Of a stretch of DNA of 61,339 bases, positions 17,521 through 28,376 are shown piece by piece. The stretch lies in the NCBI GenBank assembly GCA_017444735.1, contig JAFSWB010000001.1, positions 1 to 61,339 of the forward strand. The letters run 5' to 3'. The DNA comes from Clostridia bacterium (GTDB lineage: Bacteria > Bacillota > Clostridia > Oscillospirales > CAG-272). Each line of letters starts with the position of its first letter. Position 1 is the first letter of the stretch. The translations under genes and the position numbers were made by a program. The notes under the pieces are model-generated. The model was given only the letters and a program-made list of their open reading frames with translations, made no database searches and was not told the origin of the DNA.

Positions 17521-18348
17521 ATGCCAGCTATCAAATATAAACCGACGTCTCCTGCAAGAAGACATATGTCAGTGCCCTCCTTCGAGGAAGTAACGAAGTC
17601 CACTCCCGAAAAGAGTCTTCTTGCCAAGAAGAAGAAACACTCCGGCCGCAACAGCTACGGCAGGATCACCGTCCGTCACAAGGGCGGCGGGAACAAGCAG
17701 AAGTACCGCATCATCGACTTCAAGAGAGAAGACGGCAAAAAGACGGTCATCGGCGTTGAGTACGATCCGAACAGGACCGCCTATATCGCCCTTCTTCAGG
17801 ATGAGAACGGTAAGAAGAGCTACGAGGTCGCGTCCGTCGGCGTTACCGACGGCGTCGTGATCTCCTCCGGCGCGGATTCCGATATCAAGCCCGGCAACAC
17901 TCTGCCGCTTGCGAATATCCCCGTCGGTACCTTCATCAACAACATCGAGCTCTACCCCGGCAAGGGTGGACAGCTCGTCCGGTCCGCCGGCGTCCAGGCG
18001 CAGCTTATGGCAAAGGAAGGGGATATGGCGCAGGTCAGACTTCCCTCCGGCGAGGTCCGCTACATCCGCATCGGATGCCGCGCGACGATCGGCCAGATCA
18101 GCAACGTCGAGCACGACACCGTCAAGATCGGTAAAGCCGGAAGACGCCGCCACATGGGCGTCCGTCCGACGGTCCGCGGTTCGGTCATGAACCCCTGCGA
18201 TCACCCGCACGGCGGCGGCGAGGGCAAGAGCCCGATCGGCCGTCCGGGCCCTGTGACTCCCTGGGGCAAGCCCGCTCTCGGATATAAGACGAGAGACAAG
18301 AAGGCAAGGACCGACAAATTCATCGTCAAACGCAGAAACGACAGGTAA
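17521..18348 (+). CDS. rplB: 50S ribosomal protein L2
   Basis: [19 protein letters not shown]. Confidence 0.98.
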   Translation: MPAIKYKPTSPARRHMSVPSFEEVTKSTPEKSLLAKKKKHSGRNSYGRITVRHKGGGNKQKYRIIDFKREDGKKTVIGVEYDPNRTAYIALLQDENGKKSYEVASVGVTDGVVISSGADSDIKPGNTLPLANIPVGTFINNIELYPGKGGQLVRSAGVQAQLMAKEGDMAQVRLPSGEVRYIRIGCRATIGQISNVEHDTVKIGKAGRRRHMGVRPTVRGSVMNPCDHPHGGGEGKSPIGRPGPVTPWGKPALGYKTRDKKARTDKFIVKRRNDR

Positions 18349-18364
18349 GAAGGAGGCAGCATAA

Positions 18365-18646
18365 ATGAGCAGAAGCTTGAAAAAAGCGCCTTTCGTAGAA
18401 GAAAAACTCTTTGCGAGGATTTCCGCTATGAATGAAAAGGGCGAAAAGAAAGTGCTCAAGACCTGGTCAAGAGCCTCTACCATTTTCCCGGAGTTTATCG
18501 GCCACACGATAGCCATTCACGACGGCAGACGTCACATCCCGGTTTATATCACCGAGGATATGGTCGGCCATAAGTTGGGCGAATTCGCTCCGACGAGGAC
18601 CTTCAAGGGTCACGCCGGATCGAAGACCTCCAACAACGGTAAGTAA
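18365..18646 (+). CDS. rpsS: 30S ribosomal protein S19
   Basis: [19 protein letters not shown]. Confidence 0.98.
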   Translation: MSRSLKKAPFVEEKLFARISAMNEKGEKKVLKTWSRASTIFPEFIGHTIAIHDGRRHIPVYITEDMVGHKLGEFAPTRTFKGHAGSKTSNNGK

Positions 18647-18667
18647 TGAGGAGAGGGAGGAAAAGCA

Positions 18668-19003
18668 ATGGAAGCAAGAGCTACTGAAAAACACATCCGC
18701 ATCTCCCCTCGTAAAGTCAAGGTCGTTCTGGATCTGATCAGGGGCAAGAGCTACGCCGAGGCGGTCGGTATTCTGAGGAATACCCCGAAGGCGGCGAGCG
18801 AGCACGTTCTGAAACTCCTCCGCAAGGTCGCCGCCGACGCGGAGCACAATTTCGAGATGGATCCCGAGGCCCTCTACGTCTCCGAGTGCTACGTCGGAGC
18901 GGGCGCCACGCTGAAGCGGATCATGCCGAGAGGCAAGGGCTCCGCCGACAGGATCCTGAAGAGAACGAGCCACATAACCGTCGCGCTGACGGAAAAACAG
19001 TGA
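18668..19003 (+). CDS. rplV: 50S ribosomal protein L22
   Basis: RISPRKV, KRTSHITV. Confidence 0.98.
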   Translation: MEARATEKHIRISPRKVKVVLDLIRGKSYAEAVGILRNTPKAASEHVLKLLRKVAADAEHNFEMDPEALYVSECYVGAGATLKRIMPRGKGSADRILKRTSHITVALTEKQ

Positions 19004-19017
19004 GGAGGTAGTCGAAA

Positions 19018-19983
19018 GTGGGACAGAAAGTAAATCCGCACGGCCTCAGAGTCGGTGTTATCAAGAACTGGGATTCCAGATGGTACGCCTCCGATGAGAA
19101 ATTCGGCGACATCCTCGTGGCTGACTACAACATCAGACAGTATCTGAAGAAAAAGCTGTTTGCAGCCGGTATCCCGAAGATCGAGATCGAGAGGGACAAC
19201 ACCGGCCGCGCGAGAGTGTTCATCCACTGCGCGAAGCCCGGTCTCGTTATCGGACGCGGCGGCGCCGAGATCGACGCTCTCCGCCTCGACCTCGAGAAGA
19301 GAATGGGCGTTCCCGTCTCCGTCAACGTCGTCGAGGTCAAGCACATCGACCTTTGCGCTCAGCTCGTCGCGGAGTCGATCGCCTCTCAGCTCGAGAGACG
19401 TATCGCTTTCCGCCGCGCGATGAAGCAGGCCATCGGCCGCACCATGCGCATGGGAGCGAAGGGCATCAAGATCGCGGTCTCCGGCCGTCTCGGCGGAGCG
19501 GATATCGCGCGCAGCGAGCACTATCATGAAGGAACCATTCCGCTGCAGACTCTCCGTGCCGATATCGACTACGGATTCTGGGAAGCGGACACCACCTACG
19601 GCAAGATCGGCGTTAAAGTCTGGATCTACAACGGCGAAGTCCTCTCCGAGGTCGCCCGCACCGGCGGACAGAGAGAAGACAGACGTCAGAACAGAAGACC
19701 GGGCGACCGCCGTGATCGCCGTGACGGCGACCGCAGAGGCGGAGACCGCAGAGGCGGAGACCGCAGAGACGGCGACCGCAGAGGCGGCGACCGCAGGGGC
19801 GGCGACCGCAGAGACGGCAGACCCGGCGGCAGACGCGACGGCGGCTTCGAGCGTAAAGAGGGCAGGGGCTTCAGAGATCCCGGCTTCAGAAGAGACGCTG
19901 CGAAGGCGCAGAGCGCTCCCCGCGAAGAGGCTCCCGCCGCGGACGCACCCAAGGAAGGAGGCGTGACCGATGTTAATGCCTAA
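19018..19983 (+). CDS. rpsC: 30S ribosomal protein S3 with long Arg/Gly/Asp-rich C-terminal extension
   Basis: [31 protein letters not shown]; GTG start. Confidence 0.97.
   Translation: MGQKVNPHGLRVGVIKNWDSRWYASDEKFGDILVADYNIRQYLKKKLFAAGIPKIEIERDNTGRARVFIHCAKPGLVIGRGGAEIDALRLDLEKRMGVPVSVNVVEVKHIDLCAQLVAESIASQLERRIAFRRAMKQAIGRTMRMGAKGIKIAVSGRLGGADIARSEHYHEGTIPLQTLRADIDYGFWEADTTYGKIGVKVWIYNGEVLSEVARTGGQREDRRQNRRPGDRRDRRDGDRRGGDRRGGDRRDGDRRGGDRRGGDRRDGRPGGRRDGGFERKEGRGFRDPGFRRDAAKAQSAPREEAPAADAPKEGGVTDVNA
19726..19815 (+). repeat. Six tandem 15-bp units encoding GDRR(G/D) in rpsC
   Basis: GG(C/A)GACCGCAG(A/G)G(G/A)C x6, arranged as two 45-bp blocks. Confidence 0.9.
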
Positions 19984-20401
19984 GAGAGTGAAGTACAGAA
20001 GGGTACAGAGAGGACGTATGAAGGGCGTCGCCACCCGCGGCAATAAGCTCGCGTACGGCAGCTACGGCCTCATCGCCTCCGAACCCGCCTGGATCACCGC
20101 AAATCAGATCGAGGCCGCCCGTATCGCGATGACGAGATATATTCGCCGCGGCGGTCAGGTCTGGATCAAGATATTCCCTGACAAGCCCGTTACGAAGTAG
20201 CCGCTTGAAACCCGCATGGGTTCCGGTAAAGGCGCTCCCGAATTCTGGGTAGCCGTCTTCTAGCCCGGCAGAGTGCTCTTCGAGATGGACGGAGTGACCG
20301 AGGACATCGCCCGTGAAGCTATGCGTCTCGCCATGCACAAGCTTCCGATCAAATGCCGTTTCGTCACCCGTGATCAGCTTGAAGCAGAAGTGGAGGGATA
20401 A
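19970..20401 (+). CDS. rplP: 50S ribosomal protein L16, interrupted by two in-frame TAG codons (20198-20200, 20261-20263)
   Basis: Same frame continues ...[37 protein letters not shown]...KLPIKCRFV... to TAA 20399-20401, giving 143 codons. Confidence 0.9.
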
Positions 20402-20404
20402 GCT

Positions 20405-20593
20405 GTGAGAACGTCAGAACTCAGAAATAAATCGGGCGCTGAACTCGAAGCGATGCTGAAGGATCTCAAGGGAGAGCTCTTCAACCTTCGTTTCCAGCAC
20501 GCCATCAACCAGCTTGACAATCCCCACAAGATTTCCGACACGAAGAAAGAAATCGCAAGGGTCATGACCATCATCAGCGAGAAGAACGCGTGA
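20405..20593 (+). CDS. rpmC: 50S ribosomal protein L29
   Basis: ELFNLRFQ, IARVMT. Confidence 0.96.
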   Translation: MRTSELRNKSGAELEAMLKDLKGELFNLRFQHAINQLDNPHKISDTKKEIARVMTIISEKNA

Positions 20594-20607
20594 GGGGGAT
20601 ATAAAAG

Positions 20608-20871
20608 ATGGAAAACACAAACCGTAATTTGAGAAAGACCAGAGTGGGCCATGTCGTCAGCGACAAGATGGAGAAGACGATCGTCGTCGCCATCGAGGAC
20701 AACGTAAAGCACCCCACGTACGGTAAGATCATCAAACGCACCTCCAAGATCCACGCGCACGACGAGAACGACGAATGCCGTATCGGCGACAAGGTCGAGG
20801 TCATGGAGACCAGACCGCTCTCCAAGACGAAGAGATGGAGACTCGTGAGGATCATCGAGCGCGCGAAATAA
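20608..20871 (+). CDS. rpsQ: 30S ribosomal protein S17
   Basis: [20 protein letters not shown]. Confidence 0.98.
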   Translation: MENTNRNLRKTRVGHVVSDKMEKTIVVAIEDNVKHPTYGKIIKRTSKIHAHDENDECRIGDKVEVMETRPLSKTKRWRLVRIIERAK

Positions 20872-21010
20872 GATCCCGAAGGGAACGTTCCGTCGGCTGA
20901 AGCGCGGCGGACGAAAAGCCCCCCTCCGCGCCGGGACACGGCTGACGGAGGAAAGAGAACCGCGCAAAATCGTGGTTCCGTTATAAAATCCAAAGGGAGG
21001 ATGTTCTTAA

Positions 21011-21379
21011 ATGATTCAGCAGCAATCATATATGAAGGTTGCCGACAACACGGGCGCTAAGGAGCTTATGTGCATCCGCGTGCTCGGCGGCACCGGAAGA
21101 CGGTACGGCAACATCGGCGACGTCGTCGTCTGTACCGTCAAGAAGGCGTCACCCGGCGGCGTCGTCAAAAAGGGCGACGTTGTCAAGGCGGTGATCGTCA
21201 GAAGCGTTAAAGGTCTTCGCCGTCCCGACGGTTCCTACATCAAGTTCGATGAGAACGCGGCGGTCATAATCGGCGATGACAAAAACCCGAAGGGGACCCG
21301 TATTTTCGGGCCCGTCGCCCGCGAGCTCCGCGAGCACGAGTACACGAAGATCCTGTCTCTTGCGCCGGAAGTTCTTTGA
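21011..21379 (+). CDS. rplN: 50S ribosomal protein L14
   Basis: [19 protein letters not shown]. Confidence 0.98.
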   Translation: MIQQQSYMKVADNTGAKELMCIRVLGGTGRRYGNIGDVVVCTVKKASPGGVVKKGDVVKAVIVRSVKGLRRPDGSYIKFDENAAVIIGDDKNPKGTRIFGPVARELREHEYTKILSLAPEVL

Positions 21380-21391
21380 TCGGAGGGCAGC

Positions 21392-21721
21392 GTGATGAAA
21401 AAACTTCATATCAGAAGAGACGACACCGTCATGGTTGTCTCCGGCAACGACCGCGGCAAGAGCGGAAAAGTCCTCGAGGTCTCCCCGAAAGAGGGAAAAG
21501 TGATCGTGCAGGGCGTCAACATCGTCAAGAAGCACGTCAAACCGAGACCCCCGCAGGAAAACGGCGGTATAGTCGACGTCGAGGGCGCTCTTTACGCGTC
21601 CAAGGTCCAGATCGTCTGCCCGTCCTGCAAAAAGCCCACCAGGGTCGCCCACAAGTTCGTTGAAAAGAACGGCAAGACCAAGAAGGTCCGCACGTGCGCC
21701 AAGTGCGGAGCGGAACTTTGA
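21392..21721 (+). CDS. rplX: 50S ribosomal protein L24
   Basis: KOW motif D.V.VVSG.DRGK.GKV. Confidence 0.97.
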   Translation: MMKKLHIRRDDTVMVVSGNDRGKSGKVLEVSPKEGKVIVQGVNIVKKHVKPRPPQENGGIVDVEGALYASKVQIVCPSCKKPTRVAHKFVEKNGKTKKVRTCAKCGAEL

Positions 21722-21738
21722 GAGGGGAGGTAAGAGCA

Positions 21739-22278
21739 ATGTCAAGACTCAGAGAAATGTATAAGAACGAAGTTGCTCCCGCCCTTATGAAGAAGTTCGA
21801 GTACAAGAGCGTGATGCAGATCCCGAAGATCGACAAGGTCGTCATCAACGTCGGCGCGGGCGAAGCGAAGGAAAATTCCAAGGTCATCGACGCGGTCATC
21901 GAGGATCTCACCAAGATCGCCGGTCAGAGGGCCGTCCCCACCTACGCCAAGAAGTCTGTCGCAAACTTCAAAGTCCGTCAGGGCATGAAGATCGGCGCGA
22001 AGGTCACTCTCCGCGGCGAGCGTATGTATGAGTTTATCGACAAACTCTTCAACTTCGCTCTTCCCCGCGTTCGCGACTTCAAGGGAATCAACCCCGAGGC
22101 GTTCGACGGCAGAGGAAACTACGCTCTCGGACTCAAAGAGCAGCTCATTTTCCCCGAGATCGAGTATGAAAAGGTCGACAAGGTCCGCGGAATGGACATC
22201 TGCTTCGTCACGACCGCTCCGACCGACGAGGAAGCAAAAGAACTGCTCACTCTCATGGGCGCTCCTTTCGCAAACTGA
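21739..22278 (+). CDS. rplE: 50S ribosomal protein L5
   Basis: [25 protein letters not shown]; start at ATG 21739. Confidence 0.98.
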   Translation: MSRLREMYKNEVAPALMKKFEYKSVMQIPKIDKVVINVGAGEAKENSKVIDAVIEDLTKIAGQRAVPTYAKKSVANFKVRQGMKIGAKVTLRGERMYEFIDKLFNFALPRVRDFKGINPEAFDGRGNYALGLKEQLIFPEIEYEKVDKVRGMDICFVTTAPTDEEAKELLTLMGAPFAN

Positions 22279-22323
22279 CGAAGGACTCCGAATACTAAGA
22301 AAGAAAGGCATAGGTCATTCAGA

Positions 22324-22509
22324 ATGGCTAAAAAAGCGATGATCAACAAGCAGCAGAGAAAGCAGAAATTCTCGACCAGAGAATACAATCGCTGCAAGAT
22401 CTGCGGCAGACCTCACGCTTATCTCCGCAAATACGGTATCTGCCGTATCTGCTTCAGGGAGCTTGCCTACAAGGGAGAGATCCCCGGCGTCAGAAAGGCG
22501 TCCTGGTAA
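22324..22509 (+). CDS. rpsZ: 30S ribosomal protein S14 type Z (Zn-binding)
   Basis: CKICGR...CRICFRE, 61 aa. Confidence 0.97.
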   Translation: MAKKAMINKQQRKQKFSTREYNRCKICGRPHAYLRKYGICRICFRELAYKGEIPGVRKASW

Positions 22510-22684
22510 GAGCGGGAGGAGAATGGTGCCGGGGGGCTGCGGCTCCGCGGCAGCGGTAAGGGATCTTTTCCGACCCCGCGGTTCCGCGCCGATAGGAAGC
22601 CTCAGGGCTTAACCGTCGGCGAGCGGCCGGCGCTTCAGCGTCCGGCAGCAAGAATTTTACTTGCATGACAGGAGGTAATCGAAA

Positions 22685-23083
22685 ATGCAGATTTCAGACG
22701 TTATTGCGGATATGCTGACAAGGATCAGAAACGCAAGCAGCGCGAAGCATGAGACCGTCGACGTCCCCGCTTCCAATATGAAGAAGCAGATCGCGGACAT
22801 TCTTCTCCGCGAGGGCTACATCAAGGGAGTTCAGGTGATCGAAGACGGCAAGCAGGGCATCATCAGGATCGCCCTCAAGTACGAGACGGGCAAGAAGAGC
22901 GTTATCCACGGTCTCCGCCGCGTTTCGAAACCGGGTCTCCGGATCTACTCCAACTGCGATGATATGCCGAAGGTCCTCGGCGGCCTCGGCGTTGCCATCG
23001 TCTCAACGTCCAAGGGCATCATGACCGACAAAGAAGCAAGACGCGAACACGTCGGCGGCGAGATCCTCGCCTTTGTCTGGTAA
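22685..23083 (+). CDS. rpsH: 30S ribosomal protein S8
   Basis: [23 protein letters not shown]. Confidence 0.98.
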   Translation: MQISDVIADMLTRIRNASSAKHETVDVPASNMKKQIADILLREGYIKGVQVIEDGKQGIIRIALKYETGKKSVIHGLRRVSKPGLRIYSNCDDMPKVLGGLGVAIVSTSKGIMTDKEARREHVGGEILAFVW

Positions 23084-23101
23084 GGGAAGGGGGATACTGA
23101 A

Positions 23102-23641
23102 ATGTCAAGAATAGGAAGATCTCCCGTTACCGTTCCCGCGGGCGTCACCGTCAACGTTGACGATGCGAACCGGGTCACCGTTAAGGGACCGAAAGGCGAG
23201 CTTTCGTTCGTCGCTCCCCACTCCATGACCGTCAAGGTCGACGGCGCGGTCGTTACCGTGAGCCGTCCCGACGACGCGAAGGAGCACCGCTCGCTCCACG
23301 GCATGACGAGAACGATCATCAACAATATGGTCGTCGGCGTCTCCGAGGGCTTCTCGAAGAAGCTCCAGATCGTCGGAGTCGGATACAGAGCCGCCAAGGA
23401 AGGGAAGAAACTCGTTCTCAACCTCGGTCACTCTCATCCGATCTACTTCGAGGAAAACGAGAAGGTTTCCTTTGAAGTTCCGGACGCGAACACGATCATA
23501 GTCAAGAGCTATGACAAGCAGGTTTGCGGACAGATCGCCGCGGAGATCCGCTCCAAGAGACCTCCGGAACCGTACCTCGGCAAGGGTGTCAAGTATGAAA
23601 ACGAGCACATCCGCCGCAAGGCCGGTAAGACCGGTAAGTAA
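23102..23641 (+). CDS. rplF: 50S ribosomal protein L6
   Basis: [20 protein letters not shown]. Confidence 0.98.
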   Translation: MSRIGRSPVTVPAGVTVNVDDANRVTVKGPKGELSFVAPHSMTVKVDGAVVTVSRPDDAKEHRSLHGMTRTIINNMVVGVSEGFSKKLQIVGVGYRAAKEGKKLVLNLGHSHPIYFEENEKVSFEVPDANTIIVKSYDKQVCGQIAAEIRSKRPPEPYLGKGVKYENEHIRRKAGKTGK

Positions 23642-23655
23642 GGGAGGGACATCAA

Positions 23656-24015
23656 ATGGTAAACAAAAGAGATAAGAACATTCAGCGTCTGAAAAGACAC
23701 GTACGTGTCCGCGCCAAGATCAGCGGCACCCCCGAGCTTCCCCGTCTTTGTGTCTACCGTTCCAACGCCCACATCTACGCTCAGATCATCGACGACGTAA
23801 ACGGAGTTACCCTCTGCGCGGCGTCCTCGAACGAGCAGGGCTTCGAAGGGCTCGGCAGCAACAAGGAAGGCGCGAAGAAGGTCGGCGCCAAGATCGCGGA
23901 ACGCGCTCTCTCAAAGGGTATCGAAAACGTCGTTTTCGACCGCGGAGGATACATCTATCACGGGCGTGTATCGGAGCTGGCAAGCGGTGCGCGCGAGGGC
24001 GGACTCAAGTTCTGA
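23656..24015 (+). CDS. rplR: 50S ribosomal protein L18
   Basis: [25 protein letters not shown]. Confidence 0.98.
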   Translation: MVNKRDKNIQRLKRHVRVRAKISGTPELPRLCVYRSNAHIYAQIIDDVNGVTLCAASSNEQGFEGLGSNKEGAKKVGAKIAERALSKGIENVVFDRGGYIYHGRVSELASGAREGGLKF

Positions 24016-24094
24016 GCCTCACGCAGACCGATGCCGGAAGGCCGGTTTGTACACTGTTTAATCAAAAAATTAAACATTTCATAGGAGATTTACG

Positions 24095-24598
24095 ATGTTA
24101 AGAAATTTCAATCCCGAGGAGCTTGACCTCAAGGAAAAGCTCGTCGTAGTGAACCGTGTATCGAAGACCGTCAAAGGCGGTCGTATCCAGCGCTTCGCCG
24201 CCCTTATGGTGGTCGGAGACGAAAACGGTCACGTCGGCTACGGTCTCGGCAAAGCCGCCGAGGTCCCGGAAGCCATCCGCAAGGGCATCGAGGATGCGAA
24301 AAAGAACATGATCGAGGTCGCCATGCGCGACACGACGATCCCCCACGAGGTGATCGGAGTGTTCGGCGCCGGCAGAGTTCTTCTGAAGCCTGCCGCAAAA
24401 GGTACCGGAATCATCGCGGGCAAAACGGTCCGTATCGTTCTCGAGCTTGCGGGTATCAAGAATATCAGAAGCAAGTGCCTCAGATCCAACAATCCCGTGA
24501 ACGTGGTCAAGGCCACGTTTGAGGGACTCGGCAGCCTCAGGACTGTCGAACAGGTCGCCAAGACGCGCGGTATCAGCACGGAACAGGTCAAAGGCTGA
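24095..24598 (+). CDS. rpsE: 30S ribosomal protein S5
   Basis: [18 protein letters not shown]. Confidence 0.98.
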   Translation: MLRNFNPEELDLKEKLVVVNRVSKTVKGGRIQRFAALMVVGDENGHVGYGLGKAAEVPEAIRKGIEDAKKNMIEVAMRDTTIPHEVIGVFGAGRVLLKPAAKGTGIIAGKTVRIVLELAGIKNIRSKCLRSNNPVNVVKATFEGLGSLRTVEQVAKTRGISTEQVKG

Positions 24599-24615
24599 GA
24601 GGGAGGTTATTGATT

Positions 24616-24795
24616 ATGGAAAACGTAAAAGTAACTCTCGTCAAGAGTCTCATTGCGCAGAAGCCTGCGACGAAAGCGACCGCGAAGTCACTCGGCCTTC
24701 GCAAAATCGGCGATTCGATCATTCACGAGGCCGGTCCGGTTATCGACGGTAAGATCAAGGTCATCTCGCACCTCGTCACCGTCGAAAAGGCATGA
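24616..24795 (+). CDS. rpmD: 50S ribosomal protein L30
   Basis: KVTLVKS.I, LGLRKIG, HLVTVE. Confidence 0.95.
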   Translation: MENVKVTLVKSLIAQKPATKATAKSLGLRKIGDSIIHEAGPVIDGKIKVISHLVTVEKA

Positions 24796-24809
24796 AAGGA
24801 GGATCAAGG

Positions 24810-25253
24810 ATGAAGCTCCATGAACTGTCACCCGCTCCGGGTTCCGCAAAGAAAGCATGGCGCAAGGGCAGAGGCCCGGGTTCCGGCAACGGCAAGACCG
24901 CCGGCAAGGGACATAAAGGTCAGAACGCTCGTTCCGGCGGCGGCGTCCGTCCGGGATTCGAAGGCGGCCAGCTCCCTCTGTACAGGAAGATCCCGAAGAG
25001 AGGGTTCAAAAACCACTTTGCAAAGAATTACGCCATCGTCAATGTCAAAACGCTTAACGAACGCTTCTCTGACGGCGAAACGGTCAATCTTGACGCGCTG
25101 CTCGAGAAGGGCGTGATCGGTAAACCACTGGACGGACTCAAAGTCCTCGGTAACGGAGAAATCGAAAAGAAACTGACCGTTCAGGCTGCGATTTTCTCGG
25201 GAAGCGCAAAGGAGAAGATCGAGGCCGCCGGTGGAAAGGCCGAGGTGGTATAA
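24810..25253 (+). CDS. rplO: 50S ribosomal protein L15
   Basis: GRG.GSG.GKT.GKGHKGQ, GFEGGQ.PL. Confidence 0.98.
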   Translation: MKLHELSPAPGSAKKAWRKGRGPGSGNGKTAGKGHKGQNARSGGGVRPGFEGGQLPLYRKIPKRGFKNHFAKNYAIVNVKTLNERFSDGETVNLDALLEKGVIGKPLDGLKVLGNGEIEKKLTVQAAIFSGSAKEKIEAAGGKAEVV

Positions 25254-26582
25254 GTGTTTCAGACGATCAAAAACGCTTGGAAGCTTGCCGATCTCAGAAA
25301 GAAGCTGCTCTACACGCTTCTCATCGTGTTCATTTACAGAATAGGCACGGCTCTTCCGGTCCCTTACATGGACGCGAACGCTCTCAGCAACCTCGCGTCT
25401 CAGATGTCGGGCTCCGTGTTCCAGTATCTGAACATTCTGTCCGGTAACGCGCTGTCAAGAGCTACGATCTTCGCTCTCGGCATTCAGCCGTACATCACGG
25501 CGTCCATTATCCTGCAGCTCCTCTGCGTCGCCATTCCCGCGCTGGAAAGGCTGTCCAAGGAGGGCGAGGAAGGAAGAAAGAAGATCAACCAGATCACCAG
25601 ATACACGACCGTCGCTCTCGCTCTTATTTCGGCATTCGGTTACTACCAGCTGCTGAAATCGCAGGGCGCCATCACGGACAAGAGCTGGTTCCCCATGATC
25701 GTCATAATCATGAGCTACTGCGCCGGTTCCGCGCTGGTCATGTGGCTGGCTGAAAAAATCAACGAGAACGGTATCGGAAACGGTATCTCCATCATCCTCT
25801 TCGCGAACATCATCTCCCGCGGACCCGCTATCGTAAGCGGATTCATCGGGTACATCCGCGGTACGGCCACGTACCAGACGGCTGACGGCTCGACTGCTAC
25901 GATCCCTCAGTGGCTCGGCATCATCATCGCTGTCGTCGGACTCGTCGTCGCGTTTGCGATGATCGCGTTCATCGTGTGGATGACCAACAGCGAGCGCAGA
26001 CTTCCCGTCCAGTACGCGAAGAAGGTCGTCGGAAGAAAGATGTACGGCGGACAGAGCTCCAATCTGCCCATCAAAGTGAATATGACCGGCGTTATGCCGA
26101 TCATCTTCGCGAACTCCATCATCACGGTTCCGCAGACTATCGCGATGTTTACGGGTCAGCCGAAGAGCGCGTTCTGGAGAGGCTTCCTTGCTCTCTTCAA
26201 CAGCGACAGCTGGTTTTACGCCGCGCTGACGCTCGTGCTCCTCGTAGCGTTCTCATACTTCTATATTGCGATTTCCTTTGACCCCGTCGAGGTATCCAAC
26301 AATATCAAGTCGCAGGGCGGCTTTATCCCCGGTATCCGTCCGGGACGTCCGACCGCCGACTATATCAAGAGGGTACTGAACAGAGTGACGTTCATCGGCG
26401 CGATTTGCCTCGCGGTCGTCGCGGTCCTTCCGCTTCTCGCGAACATAATCGCCGGCGGCGCTCTCAGCTCCATCGCTTTCGGAGGATCATCGATCATCAT
26501 CGTGGTCGGCGTCGTCCTCGAAACGATCCGCGAGATCGAAGCTCAGATGACGATGAGGCACTACAAGGGCTTCCTTGAGTAA
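25254..26582 (+). CDS. secY: Preprotein translocase subunit SecY
   Basis: IFALGIQPYITASII, GIGNGIS, IPGIRPG. Confidence 0.98.
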   Translation: MFQTIKNAWKLADLRKKLLYTLLIVFIYRIGTALPVPYMDANALSNLASQMSGSVFQYLNILSGNALSRATIFALGIQPYITASIILQLLCVAIPALERLSKEGEEGRKKINQITRYTTVALALISAFGYYQLLKSQGAITDKSWFPMIVIIMSYCAGSALVMWLAEKINENGIGNGISIILFANIISRGPAIVSGFIGYIRGTATYQTADGSTATIPQWLGIIIAVVGLVVAFAMIAFIVWMTNSERRLPVQYAKKVVGRKMYGGQSSNLPIKVNMTGVMPIIFANSIITVPQTIAMFTGQPKSAFWRGFLALFNSDSWFYAALTLVLLVAFSYFYIAISFDPVEVSNNIKSQGGFIPGIRPGRPTADYIKRVLNRVTFIGAICLAVVAVLPLLANIIAGGALSSIAFGGSSIIIVVGVVLETIREIEAQMTMRHYKGFLE

Positions 26583-26598
26583 AAGCGGGGATAAGAGA

Positions 26599-27240
26599 AT
26601 GGCAAGAAAGATCAATCTGATCCTTCTCGGCGCTCCCGGCGCCGGAAAGGGTACGCAGGCTGAGATCATTTCCGAGAGGTACTCTATTCCCGCTATATCG
26701 ACCGGCGCGATCATCCGCGCGGCGATAGCGTCCGGCTCAGAGATGGGCAGGAAGGTCAAGGAGTACACCGAACGGGGCGATCTCGTTCCCGATGAAGTCG
26801 TGATCGAAATAATCAAAGAGAGACTCAGTCTCCCCGATTGCGAAAACGGTTTCATTCTCGACGGGTTCCCGAGAACGGTCCCTCAGGCGGAGGCGCTCGA
26901 ACGCCTCGGCGTCGAGATCACGGACGTGATCTCGATCGAGGTCTCGGACGAGGACATCATGGAGAGAATGAGCGGACGTCGCGTCTGCCGTGCGTGCGGC
27001 GCCACCTACCACGTCAAGTACAAGCCGTCTCCCAACGGTGAGATCTGCCGCTGCGGCGAAGAGCTCACCAGACGCGCCGACGACGATCCCGAAGTCGTCG
27101 CGTCGAGACTGAAGATCTATCACGAGCAGACCGAGCCCCTCAAGAAGTTCTATGAGGAGCGCGGAAAACTCAAGATCGTCATCGGTCAGGAAAAGCTTGA
27201 AGACACGACAAGACTGACGTCCGAAGCGCTCGGTGACTGA
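26599..27240 (+). CDS. adk: Adenylate kinase (Zn-lid type)
   Basis: GAPGAGKGTQ, LDGFPRT, CRAC...C.CG. Confidence 0.97.
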   Translation: MARKINLILLGAPGAGKGTQAEIISERYSIPAISTGAIIRAAIASGSEMGRKVKEYTERGDLVPDEVVIEIIKERLSLPDCENGFILDGFPRTVPQAEALERLGVEITDVISIEVSDEDIMERMSGRRVCRACGATYHVKYKPSPNGEICRCGEELTRRADDDPEVVASRLKIYHEQTEPLKKFYEERGKLKIVIGQEKLEDTTRLTSEALGD

Positions 27241-27278
27241 CAGGGAGCGAACCGGTCGGAGAACAACAGGGCGAATAT

Positions 27279-28028
27279 ATGATCGTTATTAAGAATTCCG
27301 AACAGTTGAAGAAGATGCGGGTCGCGGGAAGGATAACCGGCGAGGCGATCGTCCTTGCGGGCGAGGCGGTGCGCGAAGGCGTCACCACGAAGCACCTTGA
27401 CGATATCATCCGCCGCCACATTGAAAAGTGCGGCGCCCGTCCCTCGTTCCTGGGGTACGGCGGTTTTCCGGGAAGCGCCTGCATCTCCGTCAACGAACAA
27501 GTCATCCACGGGATACCGTCGCCGGATATTATCCTGAAGGAGGGCGATATCGTCAAGATCGACGTAGGCGCCTTCAAGGACGGATTCCACGGCGACAGCG
27601 CCAACACCTTCGCGGTCGGGAAGATCTCTCCCGAGGCGCAGCGTCTGATCGACGTGACGAAGGAGTCGTTCCGGCTCGGAGCCGCGCACGCGGTCCCGGG
27701 CGGCAGGCTCGGCGACGTCGGCCACGCGATCCAGGAGCACGTCGAGGCGGCGGGATTCTCCGTCGTCAGGAAGTACGTCGGCCACGGCGTCGGCGAGGAT
27801 CTCCACGAGGACCCGAACGTACCGAACTACGGTACGCCGGGACGCGGGGTCCGGCTCTGCCGAGGAATGGTGATCGCCATCGAACCGATGGTGAACGCCG
27901 GGACGTACGACGTGAAGGAGCTCCGCGACGGCTGGACCGTCGTGACGCGCGACGGGAAGCTGTCCGCTCACTACGAGCACACCGTGGCGATCACGGACGA
28001 CGGACCCGAGTTTCTCACAATGGTATGA
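27279..28028 (+). CDS. map: Methionine aminopeptidase type I
   Basis: CISVNE...HGIP, GHGVG..LHE, EPM, HYEHT. Confidence 0.97.
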   Translation: MIVIKNSEQLKKMRVAGRITGEAIVLAGEAVREGVTTKHLDDIIRRHIEKCGARPSFLGYGGFPGSACISVNEQVIHGIPSPDIILKEGDIVKIDVGAFKDGFHGDSANTFAVGKISPEAQRLIDVTKESFRLGAAHAVPGGRLGDVGHAIQEHVEAAGFSVVRKYVGHGVGEDLHEDPNVPNYGTPGRGVRLCRGMVIAIEPMVNAGTYDVKELRDGWTVVTRDGKLSAHYEHTVAITDDGPEFLTMV

Positions 28029-28372
28029 GGGACGGTGTGACGAGACCGAATCCCTACCTCGGAGCGGTCGTCCGCTCCGTTGCGGGGAGAGACAGACGGC
28101 GCGTCTTCATCGTCACGGACGTGACGCTTGAGGGCGGAAGGGTGATGCTGACCGTCGCGGACGGTTCGCTTCGCCGGATCTCGGACGGAAAGCGCAAAAA
28201 CGCGCGTCACGTGAAGATCATCGCAGCCGTCACGGATGAGGAATGGAAAAGGATCGCGGAGCGCCCCGACGACGAAGTCGTGAGGGAAACGCTCGCGGGA
28301 TACGATCCGCTGATAAAATCGGCGGACGACGGAACAATTTATCGCCCGGATCGCGGCGGAACGGAGAATTGA
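28025..28372 (+). CDS. KOW-domain RNA-binding protein (L14e-like)
   Basis: [10 protein letters not shown]...ADG..R.....KRKN..H; usual position between map and infA in Clostridia. Confidence 0.8.
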   Translation: MRDGVTRPNPYLGAVVRSVAGRDRRRVFIVTDVTLEGGRVMLTVADGSLRRISDGKRKNARHVKIIAAVTDEEWKRIAERPDDEVVRETLAGYDPLIKSADDGTIYRPDRGGTEN

Positions 28373-28376
28373 TTAT

